DNA of 61,486 bases from an uncultured Candidatus Saccharibacteria bacterium. GTDB taxonomy: Bacteria > Patescibacteriota > SICC01 > CAYSOT01. Where the stretch lies: positions 1 to 61,486 of the forward strand of contig CAYSOT010000003.1 in the NCBI GenBank assembly GCA_964432765.1, given 5' to 3'. The notes beneath the pieces are model-generated. The model was given only the letters and a program-made list of their open reading frames with translations, did not search any database and was not told where the DNA came from. A program made the translations under genes and the position numbers. Within the stretch, counting starts at the first letter, position 1. Each line of letters opens with the position of its first letter. This document shows, piece after piece, positions 15,909-26,024 of this stretch.

Positions 15909-17999
15909 CTAGACGTCGAAGAGAATCCGCGTATCAAGTGTTTTTGAACCTCGTCTGGTGACCCTGAAGGGATTGAGGTCGAGTTCGCGAATTTGGGGCA
16001 CATCGTCCATCACTCGTGCTATACCAACGATGGCTGCGAGCAGGAGCTTCGTGTCATAGGCTTTTTCGCCGCGTACACCATGCAAGACTTTCGAGATAGC
16101 AGTACGAGAAAGTAGCTGTTCCGCCCGAGCTTCATCGAGCGGGGTCAAACCAAGCGCAACGTCATGCATAACCTCTACGTACACTCCACCGGTTCCAACG
16201 GCAATGACCGGTCCAAAAACAGGGTCTCGCTTCGCCCCGACGAGCACATCAATGCCTTCGCCAATTTCTTCTGAGATCGTTACGCCCCGCAAGCGCGCCT
16301 TAGGCACCAAGCGTTTCACTGATCGGTGGATTCGCTCATAGGCCTCAGAAAGTTCTTGTTCGGAAGCGATTCCAGTAATCACTCCACCGACGTCGGACTT
16401 GTGTAGTATGTCTGGAGAATCAATTTTCATAACGACCGGATATTGGCCTTTAGCTACTTTTTTGGCCCCAGCAAGGTCACTTACTAATTCCGATTTTGGA
16501 CTTGTGATGCCATATGGTTCCAGCAGAGCTACTGCCTCTGCGCCCCATATCGCCTGATTGCCGGATCTTTTCAGAGCCTCGACACGCTCGGTCGTCTCTC
16601 TTGGTATACGTTGCTGTTTTGGCACTGGACTAGGCTTGCTTCGTTGCCGCTCAGCAAGAGCAAGCGCAGAAGCAATGGTGTTCACAGCGCGTACTGGATC
16701 TGGGTAGCACGGGATCCCTGCCATGCCTAACCGCTCGGCACCCGAACGAACTGCTTGACCACCCATGAAACTGGCAATGACCGGTTTCCCACTTCCCGCA
16801 TTTGCAATGATCACATCTGCCGTCGCTTCAATTTCTGTCATGGCTTGAGGTGTCAGCAGAACAACGGCACCGTCGACATTCTTGTCTCGAAGTACCGTCG
16901 AGAGAGCAGTACTGTATCTCGAGGCTCTGGCGTCACCAATGCAGTCAACTGGATTATGGACATTTGCTTCATCTGGCAAAGCAGTCGCCAGTGTTTTGAT
17001 GGTCTTTTCAGAGAAAGTAGCAATCTGCAGACCTGCGTTTGCGATTGCATCAGTGGTCATCACGCCCGGGCCACCTGCGTTTGTGATTATCGCTATGCGA
17101 TCGCCTTTTGGAAGCGAACTTGAGGAAAAATAGGTAGTTAGATCAAACATTTCCTCAAGCGATCCGGCGCGGATAATCCCACACTCACGGATAACCTCTT
17201 GCAAGACGTCATCGGATCCGGTCAATGTGCCAGTATGGGAAGAAACCGCAGCACTGCCCTCATCTGAGACACCTGCCTTGAGTAAAATCAGGGGCTTGCG
17301 ACGAGCCAGCGCAGATGCAGCGCTGCGGAAGGCTTGGCCGTCGTCAATGCCCTCAAGATAGGCTAATACGACTTTTGTTTCCGGGTCATCTGCCAGGTAT
17401 TCAAATAATTCTGCCTCACTAATGTCTGGCTTGTTACCAACGGAGATGAAGCGCGAAAAACCCACTCCCGAGACCTTTGCCCAGTCAAGAATTGCTGTAC
17501 ATATTGCACCGCTTTGGGAAACGACGGCTACGTTTCCGCGAGGTGGCAGAGAACCAGCAAAGGAGGCATTGAGCGGAGTGGTGGTATCCATCACACCAAG
17601 GCAATTCGGCCCAAGGAGCCTCATTCCAAATTCTTCCACGATCTCTAGCAGACTCTGTTCACGCAGGAGTCCTTCTTCGCCGACCTCTCTGAAGCCCGCC
17701 GCAATTACTATAATCGTCTTCACGCCCGCCTCTCCACACGCCCTGGCAACCTCAATAACGACGGAAGCGGGCACTACCAAGACGGCTAAATCCGGAGCCT
17801 TCGGTATAGCGGCTATATCGGTGTAGGTATCAACATCAAGAATCTTGCCGGGTTTGGGATTGATAGCATAAATCTTCCCCGTATACCCACTGTCACGGAT
17901 ATTACGCAAGACAATGTGGCCAAGCTTAGCGCGATTAGAGGACGCGCCGATAACGGCAACCGAGGACGGATTAAAGAGTGTGTCGAGTGAGTGTTTCAT
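15909..17999 (-). CDS. ADP-forming acetate--CoA ligase, fused alpha/beta
   Basis: CoA-binding domain, GPNCLG, SQSGA, SHTG phospho-His, C-terminal ATP-grasp (HKSDVGGV, ELDLNP). Confidence 0.92.
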   Translation of the reverse strand: MKHSLDTLFNPSSVAVIGASSNRAKLGHIVLRNIRDSGYTGKIYAINPKPGKILDVDTYTDIAAIPKAPDLAVLVVPASVVIEVARACGEAGVKTIIVIAAGFREVGEEGLLREQSLLEIVEEFGMRLLGPNCLGVMDTTTPLNASFAGSLPPRGNVAVVSQSGAICTAILDWAKVSGVGFSRFISVGNKPDISEAELFEYLADDPETKVVLAYLEGIDDGQAFRSAASALARRKPLILLKAGVSDEGSAAVSSHTGTLTGSDDVLQEVIRECGIIRAGSLEEMFDLTTYFSSSSLPKGDRIAIITNAGGPGVMTTDAIANAGLQIATFSEKTIKTLATALPDEANVHNPVDCIGDARASRYSTALSTVLRDKNVDGAVVLLTPQAMTEIEATADVIIANAGSGKPVIASFMGGQAVRSGAERLGMAGIPCYPDPVRAVNTIASALALAERQRSKPSPVPKQQRIPRETTERVEALKRSGNQAIWGAEAVALLEPYGITSPKSELVSDLAGAKKVAKGQYPVVMKIDSPDILHKSDVGGVITGIASEQELSEAYERIHRSVKRLVPKARLRGVTISEEIGEGIDVLVGAKRDPVFGPVIAVGTGGVYVEVMHDVALGLTPLDEARAEQLLSRTAISKVLHGVRGEKAYDTKLLLAAIVGIARVMDDVPQIRELDLNPFRVTRRGSKTLDTRILFDV

Positions 18000-19573
18000 G
18001 TTAGTAATCCATATCCGCGCATGGCTTCAGGAGGCTCAATATCGTAGAGCATTAGTACTGTGGGCGCGACGTCCCCCAGCAGGCCGCTCGGCTCCGGAGA
18101 AATGTCGTGATTGAGTTTACCATCCCGATACGTAAACGAGTCCTTCTCAGAATCTGGCGGAATGATAATGAATGGCACCGGGTTGGTGGTGTGTTCAGTG
18201 TCGATTTCTCCGGTTGTGAAGTTGATCATCTCTTCTGCGTTTCCGTGATCTGCAGTGATAACCAGAAAATAGTTATTGCGATTCATGGCTTCAACGACAC
18301 GGCCCAAACATTGATCAACTTCTTCAACGGCCTTCCTGGTTGCATCAAAATCACCTGAATGACCAACCATGTCCGCATTCGCATAATTGACCATGATAAA
18401 AGGATAATCGCCTGTCTCTATCCGCCGGATAAGTTCATCAGTGATGGAGCCCGCGCTCATCGCCGGCGCTTGGTTATAGGTTGCTACCTGCGGCGAAGGA
18501 ATAAGAATGCGCTCTTCAAGTGGGTACGGCTCTTCGTACCCACCGTTAAAGAAGAAGGTTGCATGCGGATACTTCTCGGTTTCGGCGACATGGAATTGCC
18601 GCATCCCATGGTCCGACACTACTTTCGCCAACGAATCAGAAACATTATCTGGATGGAACGCGACGTGCACGGGAAGGCTTTTTTCGTATTGAGTCATCGT
18701 GACAAAATAAAGACTTGTTGGGGCTTGGGCACGGTCGAATGCCGTGAAGTCTGACTGAGAAAACGTCTGCACTAATTGACGTGTGCGATCGGGGCGAAAA
18801 TTAAAGAAGATTGCCGCGTCAGTGTCGGAGAAGGAAGCGACCGGCGCTCCATTCTCAACAATCACCGTCGGCTCAATGAATTCATCCGTTAGACCTTTAC
18901 CATAGGCTGCGTTGACTGCTTCTTCAGCAGAGAGAGCAGTCTGGCCTTTTCCATTTGCGATTGCATCAAAGGCAAGCTTTACGCGATCCCAGTGTTTATC
19001 ACGATCCATTGCATAATAACGACCGGAAACGCTTGCTATCCGACCGACGCCGGCAGACTTTATCTCACCCTCAAGTTTCGCGATTTGGTTAAGAGCGTCT
19101 TTTGTTGGCGCATCGCGGCCGTCAGTAAATATATGGATGTAAACACGCTCAACATGCTCCTGAGCAGCGAGCTTTATGAGCGCAAAAAGGTGCCTGATAT
19201 GGCTGTGAACACCGCCGGTACTGGCTAACCCAACAAGGTGGAGTGCTCCGCCGGTAGCCTTGACGTGCTCACACGCAGCCAGCAGCGCCTTGTTTCGAAA
19301 GAAACTTCCATCGCTGATTGATGATGAGATTCTCGGTAGATCTTGGGGCACTACTCGGCCAGCGCCGATATTGAGATGCCCGACTTCGGAATTTCCCATT
19401 TCACCCCAAGGTAGCCCAACCGCTTCCCCGGATGCCTGCAGCAGTGCGTGGGGATACTCTTTCCAGATTCTTCCATAAACCGGCGTATTTGCCTGGGCGA
19501 TTGCGTTACCTTCAAAGACAGATGAGTATCCCCATCCATCCAAGACGATTAAGGCAACCTTCCGATCATTCAC
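17996..19573 (-). CDS. gpmI: 2,3-BPG-independent phosphoglycerate mutase
   Basis: LDGWG, MGNSEVGH, GRYYAMDRD, ETEKYPH, NADMVGH, TADHGN. Confidence 0.98.
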   Translation of the reverse strand: MNDRKVALIVLDGWGYSSVFEGNAIAQANTPVYGRIWKEYPHALLQASGEAVGLPWGEMGNSEVGHLNIGAGRVVPQDLPRISSSISDGSFFRNKALLAACEHVKATGGALHLVGLASTGGVHSHIRHLFALIKLAAQEHVERVYIHIFTDGRDAPTKDALNQIAKLEGEIKSAGVGRIASVSGRYYAMDRDKHWDRVKLAFDAIANGKGQTALSAEEAVNAAYGKGLTDEFIEPTVIVENGAPVASFSDTDAAIFFNFRPDRTRQLVQTFSQSDFTAFDRAQAPTSLYFVTMTQYEKSLPVHVAFHPDNVSDSLAKVVSDHGMRQFHVAETEKYPHATFFFNGGYEEPYPLEERILIPSPQVATYNQAPAMSAGSITDELIRRIETGDYPFIMVNYANADMVGHSGDFDATRKAVEEVDQCLGRVVEAMNRNNYFLVITADHGNAEEMINFTTGEIDTEHTTNPVPFIIIPPDSEKDSFTYRDGKLNHDISPEPSGLLGDVAPTVLMLYDIEPPEAMRGYGLLT

Positions 19574-19588
19574 AATGCCGCACTTTCC

Positions 19589-20875
19589 CTAACGACCACT
19601 GCCCGCTCCGAATGCCAGATATTTCCCGGCATAGACGGCGCTGCTACCGAAGGTGGACTCAATTTCTAGGAGACGGTTGTATTTGGCGATTCTCTCGCCG
19701 CGCGATACGGAACCGATCTTTACCTGGTGTAGTCCCCAACCAACCGCCATATCGATAATCGAAGTGTCATTTGTTTCACCTGAACGGTGGCTTATGATTC
19801 CATGAAGCTTGTGATCGGAGAGCAGCTTCCAGGCGTCATGAGTTTCACTATAGGTACCGATCTGGTTTGGCTTCAAGATGACTGCCGAAATCGTGTCGGC
19901 GGCAATTGCTTCACGAATTCGGGTGATATTGGTCACGGTCAGGTCGTCTCCAACAACCTGAATCTTGTCGCCGAGTCGCCGGTAGAATAGTTTCCAACCG
20001 TCCCAATCGTCCTCTGCTAGCGGGTCTTCTATTGAGACAATCGGAAATTCACCAACCAGCGCATCAAAGAGAGCTGTTAGCTGTTCGGCAGTCAGCGGTT
20101 GTCCTTCAAAAATGTAGCTGCCATCACGGTAGAATTCCGAAGCAGCAACATCGAGCGCGAGGGAGATATGTTTTCCTGGTTCATAGCCTGCTTTTTTGAT
20201 AGCCTCGACCATCATGTCGAGTGCGGTATGGTGATTATCAATATCAGGAGCATATCCACCTTCGTCACCTACGGCTTTCGAATACCCTCTTCCTTGTAGA
20301 ACTTTTCCGAGTGCCTGGAAGGTTTCCGAAAGAGCGCGCAGTGCCTCGTGGTATGAATCGAAACCGTGAGGCACATACATGAATTCCTGAATACTTAGGC
20401 TATTGTCTGCATGCGCACCACCGTTGATAACATTGCAGAGCGGAACCGGGACAATGGTGTGCTTGACCCCTGCATGATGGCTAATATGTTCGAACAGTTG
20501 TTGATGATGCCCAGCTGAACGTGCTCGGAGTGCCGCAAGACTTACAGCCAAAACTGCGTTTGCACCAAGGCGAGACTTATCGACGGTTCCGTCTGTCTGC
20601 CGCAAGATTGCATCTAGTTCATGTTGGGACTTTGTGGTTACCCCCTTCAACGCCGAGGCAAGCTCGACATTAACGTGGCTAACGGCTTTTGCAACGCCTT
20701 TCCCATTCCAACGCTCATTACCATCACGTAGCTCAAGTGCTTCGTGGCTTCCCGTCGATGCGCCCGAGGGAACTGCTGCAACACCTGTTCCCTTCTCGCT
20801 CACAACCGTGGCCTCCACGGTCGGATAACCTCGAGAGTCAAGAATCATGCGACCGCTGATTTTGGTGATTTTCAT
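19589..20875 (-). CDS. eno: Enolase
   Basis: VPSGASTG, GDEGG, SIEDP, KPNQIGT, SHRSGET. Confidence 0.98.
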   Translation of the reverse strand: MKITKISGRMILDSRGYPTVEATVVSEKGTGVAAVPSGASTGSHEALELRDGNERWNGKGVAKAVSHVNVELASALKGVTTKSQHELDAILRQTDGTVDKSRLGANAVLAVSLAALRARSAGHHQQLFEHISHHAGVKHTIVPVPLCNVINGGAHADNSLSIQEFMYVPHGFDSYHEALRALSETFQALGKVLQGRGYSKAVGDEGGYAPDIDNHHTALDMMVEAIKKAGYEPGKHISLALDVAASEFYRDGSYIFEGQPLTAEQLTALFDALVGEFPIVSIEDPLAEDDWDGWKLFYRRLGDKIQVVGDDLTVTNITRIREAIAADTISAVILKPNQIGTYSETHDAWKLLSDHKLHGIISHRSGETNDTSIIDMAVGWGLHQVKIGSVSRGERIAKYNRLLEIESTFGSSAVYAGKYLAFGAGSGR

Positions 20876-21873
20876 TATGCCTCCGCTAGTTTTCGCTTCA
20901 GGGTAGTAATAATGTCAACGGGTGTCGGATCTACACCATTGAGATACGCGAGCTCAACGCTTGCCAGATCGCCCAGGAAAGATACGGTCGAAACATGAGC
21001 CAGTGGGTCCTTGCCGCTTCCCCATAACTCCACAAATGGCAATTTATGCTCCTTAAGCATCTCCTTCATGATCGTGAACCTCACTGCGTGACGCGGATGC
21101 TCAAGCTGGCTTCGCAGAAGCACAAACACTCCGTTCTCCGGTAGCGAGGATGGAAATTGGAATCCGACGAGTGCGTTATGATTTTGTTCGGGAACCACCT
21201 CAAAGGCGGCTGTTTGTTTTGCGTTCTCTGATATCTGGCCCTTCAATCGACGAGATGCTTCAGCAAGGAAACCTGCCCCATATACAACGGGCAGTCTATC
21301 TTTGAGCGCCCCGGCAACCTCAGTAGCTTCAGCTGGCTGATCACCGAGCGCCTCGACAGCCTGAGCGGCTGACTCGACTGTGGCCCTTTGTTCAGCTATA
21401 TATCCTGTGATCTCGAGGAGCTTCAAGATTTTTCCAATCCCATAAGGAAGCGTTGCGCGAGGCTGACTCTCGAGGGTAATCTCGACAACGGGCACCCCAT
21501 CTGTCTGGGCCTTCTCTGCCAGGATGCCTCCACTGGTTACAACGATAATCGAAGCCCCAGCAGCACGTGCCTGATCATACGCGGCAAGTGTTTCCTCGGT
21601 TGAACCAGAGTAGCTCGAGGCAATTACTAGGCTATCTTTACCGACATAGCCGGGCAGTTGATAATCTCTAATAACCTCAAACGGGTGCTTGAGCGAGCTT
21701 CGCAGCAAGTCACCAACGATACCAAGCGCTATGGCTGAACCACCCATACCAGCACCTACAATTTCTCTCTTTTCGCGGACTGACTCTGGCAGGTCTAAGT
21801 CTTCGCTATATCCGCGGCGCAGCAAGTCGGGCCATTGCAGGACTGTTTGACGCATGTTTTCTGGATCGATCAT
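20875..21873 (-). CDS. Bifunctional phosphoglucose/phosphomannose isomerase (archaeal-type, SIS domains)
   Basis: GMGGS, SSYSGSTEET, ISENAK, PEQNHN. Confidence 0.93.
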   Translation of the reverse strand: MIDPENMRQTVLQWPDLLRRGYSEDLDLPESVREKREIVGAGMGGSAIALGIVGDLLRSSLKHPFEVIRDYQLPGYVGKDSLVIASSYSGSTEETLAAYDQARAAGASIIVVTSGGILAEKAQTDGVPVVEITLESQPRATLPYGIGKILKLLEITGYIAEQRATVESAAQAVEALGDQPAEATEVAGALKDRLPVVYGAGFLAEASRRLKGQISENAKQTAAFEVVPEQNHNALVGFQFPSSLPENGVFVLLRSQLEHPRHAVRFTIMKEMLKEHKLPFVELWGSGKDPLAHVSTVSFLGDLASVELAYLNGVDPTPVDIITTLKRKLAEA

Positions 21874-21937
21874 TTGTTGTTGATTTTAGGCACTCTAAAC
21901 CTACCCGTATCCTACCAAACTTCACGCCCGGCGACGA

Positions 21938-22075
21938 TTACAATTCAAGTGGACAATCTGAGTCGAAGGTTCGCTGGGGCCGCAATCTCAGGTGCAGCGC
22001 GGCAATGATATGATACCCGCCCGTCAAAAAGAGGGCGGCTATAAGCGGTGTAAGGAGTTGTAGAGTCAGCGACAT
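21938..22075 (-). CDS. Putative 45-aa hydrophobic small protein
   Basis: MSLTLQLLTPLIAALFLTGGYHIIAALHLRLRPQRTFDSDCPLEL*, downstream of a strong promoter; below the ORF-track cutoff. Confidence 0.5.
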   Translation of the reverse strand: MSLTLQLLTPLIAALFLTGGYHIIAALHLRLRPQRTFDSDCPLEL

Positions 22076-22114
22076 GTGTTTTTGACGTTTTTTCGTGTGA
22101 GCGAAATTGCGTCA

Positions 22115-22143
22115 ATATAGCACAAAAAAGCGCTTTTGTCAAG
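22115..22143 (-). promoter_or_regulatory. Sigma70 promoter upstream of the sORF and pgi/pmi operon
   Basis: TTGACA, 17 bp, TATATT. Confidence 0.75.
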
Positions 22144-22158
22144 ACTCGACGGCTGAAA

Positions 22159-23004
22159 TTATTTAATACGGAACGAGCTTACTATCTGGTCGTAGGCCGA
22201 TCTATCTGGAGAATCAAGTTTTTGCTGCAGGAGGATTGCCTTGTCTCCGTTCACGAATACAGTAATCACATAAGCCGTAAATCCGTATGGTGTTTCATAC
22301 TGATATGCCGTGCGGCCTCCTACGGTGATGGCTTTTTGTTTAATTTGCGACTGATCTTCGGCGGTATACTCTTCCCTAGCTTTGTACCACCCTTCCGCAT
22401 CAAGCCGCGACGGATTTGGTTGAATAATGATTGCCAGGCTCTCATATGCTTCCTTGTCGGTTTGAATTCCTTTGCTTTCTAGCTGCTTCGTAATCCCAGC
22501 ATTATAGAAATGCACAACACCCGAAGGACTTTCTTCAAAGCTCCAGTCAAACGGGTATGTCAGGCTGTATCCGTTGGTTCCATTGGTATATTCCTTTGTA
22601 GAGGATTGCCCAGCAGTCTGCTTGGGAAGAGGATTGCTCCCGTTTTTTGTGAAAACGTGGGCGAGATTAGCTGTTTGGTCGGCTACAATATCGACCACAA
22701 TCTCTTGAGAGTCGTAGTCGCTGAGCTCAAGTTTGATCGTGTGCTTTCCGACCGATTTTGTTATTGTCGTGTCCGTTTTCTCATCAAGCTTTTTTCCATC
22801 AAAACTAATTGTCGCGCCACTTGGCACCGAAACTATTTTCACCGATCCACGCTTTGCGAAAACGTCACCGGATAGGGAAAACTTGTGGGAAAAGAGTGCG
22901 CCTACCAAAATGAACGCTGCCGCTAGAAGAACAACGACGGCCGCCCAGAAAGCAGATTTTCGATAAACTGGCGTGACGCGGTTTTTAGATTTTGCTTTTG
23001 CCAT
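22159..23004 (-). CDS. Membrane-anchored PEGA-domain protein with a PsbP-like C-terminal domain
   Basis: N-terminal TM; SVPSGATISFDGK...GKHTIKLELSDY; GYSLTYPFDW. Confidence 0.75.
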   Translation of the reverse strand: MAKAKSKNRVTPVYRKSAFWAAVVVLLAAAFILVGALFSHKFSLSGDVFAKRGSVKIVSVPSGATISFDGKKLDEKTDTTITKSVGKHTIKLELSDYDSQEIVVDIVADQTANLAHVFTKNGSNPLPKQTAGQSSTKEYTNGTNGYSLTYPFDWSFEESPSGVVHFYNAGITKQLESKGIQTDKEAYESLAIIIQPNPSRLDAEGWYKAREEYTAEDQSQIKQKAITVGGRTAYQYETPYGFTAYVITVFVNGDKAILLQQKLDSPDRSAYDQIVSSFRIK

Positions 23005-23046
23005 CAGTGTCTATATTCGAACTTCTAGCCGACCCACCGCAAGCAG

Positions 23047-24423
23047 TTAACCATTTAATTCGTATCGGAAACCCTGCGGCGACTGACGGGTCAGATCGCG
23101 CACAAAGGAGGTGGCATCCTCTGCCATACGCCTGGTTAATTCTGCGAGCAAAGAAGAAAATCTGGCATCCCAGGGAATACCGTGGTCGCCACCAGCCACT
23201 TCGATATACACGACCTTGTCTGCACCATAGCGTTGACGCAGCTGACAATACGTCCTGTACGATGAAATACGGCTCACAAGCGCATCTTGGTCGCAGGTGA
23301 GTACTATTGTTGGTGGCATGCCTTCGGCCTCTTCGTTTGGCATAGCAAAGATTTCGTCGCCGTGCATAAGGATTCCTAGTTCGTTATGGACACTCTGCAA
23401 TCGATTACCCATTGCATCTACGACGGTCCGGCGATACGCAGCTCTATCGATATGCTCCGGACGTCCTAGTCGCCCAGAAACAATCGGGGCTGTAATCGCA
23501 GCGTTAATAACCCAATCAGCGCCTAGTGAGTGCAACGGTTTCTGAACCGTCTTCGGCAGATGGTCGGTAACAGTTTCGGCTAAGTCCTCGAGTCGATTTG
23601 TGAAATCTATAACTCCCCGAAGCGCAATCGGGGTTAGACCTGGAACAAGATCGAACGGCGATCGCTTAACGACGTTATCGAGTTCCGGTGGGTTTATCAA
23701 AACCATACCTTTTAGTCGCTCCGAGACATCGTCACCATCTCGCAAACCAACGAGCGGAGGAAGTTCATGGGCAGCTTCTGCGAGCATCCGCCAGTAGACC
23801 GTCCCAAATGAATGTCCTACCGCAACGACGTCCCTATCAAGATCCCTGACTCCTCCGGAGAGCTTCCATAAATCACGCGCAAATATGACCTCAAAATCTG
23901 CTGTTCGTTCGGGACGAGGCGCATCCTTTGATGGATATCGATTGCGCGCCGCGAAGGGTAATTCAGAAACAGTGTCTTTTAAGAGGTCAAATTCCCGACG
24001 CGTGCCACCAAGACCATGTTCGGCAAAGATTACCGGAGAATCACTAGCCCCTTCGCGCAGTACATATGCTCCCTCGAAACGCTTCCCATACTCCGCATAC
24101 ACTACGAAATCGCGCAGCTCCTCGTCTTGATCGAGACGGCCATGCGCGTCGCGCGCCTTTATTTGGCGGACTTTGCGCAGTCTTTCGCGAGACGTGCTAT
24201 CCACTACCAACTTCGCCATCTCACGGGCGGTAAGGGTAACATCTTCGGCGAGCTTACCGACGTGTGACGCATATTCTTTAGCCCACGGAAACGTCGGTTC
24301 TTCCCCGAGAGCCACAAGAGTTCCCGTCTCTTCTATGGCTACCGAAGCAACTCTTGGTCTCTCTGTAACTCTAGCTTCTTCAGTCCCCGGCTCGGCAAAT
24401 ATGGTTGTTTCGACAGCTTCCAC
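23047..24423 (-). CDS. Alpha/beta-fold hydrolase with a long N-terminal region
   Basis: VAVGHSFG nucleophile elbow, CDQD, GGDHG; start moved to GTG 24423 (GAGGA SD) to avoid the obg overlap. Confidence 0.7.
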   Translation of the reverse strand: MEAVETTIFAEPGTEEARVTERPRVASVAIEETGTLVALGEEPTFPWAKEYASHVGKLAEDVTLTAREMAKLVVDSTSRERLRKVRQIKARDAHGRLDQDEELRDFVVYAEYGKRFEGAYVLREGASDSPVIFAEHGLGGTRREFDLLKDTVSELPFAARNRYPSKDAPRPERTADFEVIFARDLWKLSGGVRDLDRDVVAVGHSFGTVYWRMLAEAAHELPPLVGLRDGDDVSERLKGMVLINPPELDNVVKRSPFDLVPGLTPIALRGVIDFTNRLEDLAETVTDHLPKTVQKPLHSLGADWVINAAITAPIVSGRLGRPEHIDRAAYRRTVVDAMGNRLQSVHNELGILMHGDEIFAMPNEEAEGMPPTIVLTCDQDALVSRISSYRTYCQLRQRYGADKVVYIEVAGGDHGIPWDARFSSLLAELTRRMAEDATSFVRDLTRQSPQGFRYELNG

Positions 24424-24463
24424 AGTCAGTTCCTCGAGATTGTGTAGTTGCCTGAATCGTACC

Positions 24464-25717
24464 CTACTCGCCGTCCCAACGTAAACGCTCTTCGCCCACA
24501 ATGATCTCAAGGGGGGCCTGTAGTCCCATTTTTTCAAGCTGCTTAGGGCCACCTAGTCGATCGAAAACCCACCAAAAACGAGCGGTGGCGCCTGGATTCG
24601 TAAAGTCAGTTTGCTTGGCAAGCCGCTCAATGCGTGAACCACTAACCCTTAGTCTCTCCCCCTCGGTAGCAATGGAGATGATGTCGGGAGCGAGATCCTG
24701 GACAGTAAAGGTGGGAACAGTGGTGGAACTTTCACGCGGTTTATTTTCGATGGAACCGGCGATCCTCTGGGTAAGTTCTTTCAGACCCGCACCACTTGCC
24801 CCAGACACAAGGTGGATGGTTGTGCCTAGCGCTTGTTCCACGTCGCGCTTCACGAGATTTGAGAGCTCCTCATCCAGCGTATCGACCTTGTTAATGACGA
24901 CTATCTCGGGTTTGTCTTTAATTAAGCTGCTGTACGATTCAAGCTCATGACGAAGTGCCTTGTAGTCTGCAATCATGTCTGGACGAGTTGGATCTAGAAT
25001 GTGAAGTAAGATGCTCGTCCTCTCAATGTGTCGCAAAAAAGCATCACCTAGACCCTTCCCCTGATGCGCTCCTTCAATCAATCCCGGGATATCCGCGAGT
25101 ACGATTTCTTGGTTACCATACCGAGCAATACCCAACTGGGGAATTACCGTGGTAAACGGGTACTCCGCTATCTTGGGCTTCGCAGCAGTCAAACGCGAGA
25201 GAAGAGTCGATTTACCCACACTCGGGAAGCCCACAAAGCCCGCGTCAGCCACCAGCTTTAACTCGAGCTGGATTTTCCGACTTACTCCGGGCTCTCCAAG
25301 TTCCGCATAGCGAGGTGTCTGCCTGGTTGAGCTGGTAAAGTGAGCGTTTCCAAACCCTCCTCGTCCACCACGGGCGATTTCTGCACTGGTGCCGTCTGTC
25401 ACAAGATCTGCCAAAGCGGTCTTACCCTCCCGGATTAACGTGCCAACAGGTACATGAAGCAGCAGGTCATCTCCATTCTTGCCATGCCGTCGCGACACAC
25501 TGCCGGACTGACCCGAGTCAGCGGTAAAGACCTTGCGCCTGGCAAATGAAGACAAAGTAGATAAGTTCCTGTCAGCAATCAGAATGACACTGCCGCCGTT
25601 TCCCCCGTCGCCCCCATCCGGACCGCCTTTCGCTTCACCACGCGCCGTCCGAAAAGAAACCCTACCGTCGCCGCCACGGCCGGCTGTTACCTCAATTTCA
25701 ACACTGTCCCAAAACAT
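24464..25717 (-). CDS. obg: GTPase Obg/CgtA
   Basis: Gly-rich Obg fold (GGPDGGDGGNGG), GFPSVGKST, YPFTT, DIPG, NKVD. Confidence 0.97.
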   Translation of the reverse strand: MFWDSVEIEVTAGRGGDGRVSFRTARGEAKGGPDGGDGGNGGSVILIADRNLSTLSSFARRKVFTADSGQSGSVSRRHGKNGDDLLLHVPVGTLIREGKTALADLVTDGTSAEIARGGRGGFGNAHFTSSTRQTPRYAELGEPGVSRKIQLELKLVADAGFVGFPSVGKSTLLSRLTAAKPKIAEYPFTTVIPQLGIARYGNQEIVLADIPGLIEGAHQGKGLGDAFLRHIERTSILLHILDPTRPDMIADYKALRHELESYSSLIKDKPEIVVINKVDTLDEELSNLVKRDVEQALGTTIHLVSGASGAGLKELTQRIAGSIENKPRESSTTVPTFTVQDLAPDIISIATEGERLRVSGSRIERLAKQTDFTNPGATARFWWVFDRLGGPKQLEKMGLQAPLEIIVGEERLRWDGE

Positions 25718-25757
25718 TCTTTCAGTCTACGTACTAACTGCGTGCTACGGTAGGGGT

Positions 25758-26024
25758 ATGACAGAAATCCTATCTGGCACCAGAGGAATCGATACAATTT
25801 GCTTTGCTACGTGCAACGACCCTGATGCACTGACTGCTCATTACGAGAGGATACGTACTTTAGAGCAGGTCTTTCTCGGAGACTCTCCACTATTACAAGA
25901 AAGATCTACCGTTGTAAGCGAGCTGCTTATAGGAGATACGCTCGTGCCGCTTGTGCCTACAGAGATGCCAGATATTCCTGAAAACCACGCTCTGCGAGAC
26001 GCAGACGCTCTTGCAGATCAATAA
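25758..26024 (+). CDS. Hypothetical protein divergent from obg
   Basis: TACGGT 6 nt before ATG 25758, matching the local promoter pattern; overlaps the convergent ORF by 68 nt. Confidence 0.4.
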   Translation: MTEILSGTRGIDTICFATCNDPDALTAHYERIRTLEQVFLGDSPLLQERSTVVSELLIGDTLVPLVPTEMPDIPENHALRDADALADQ

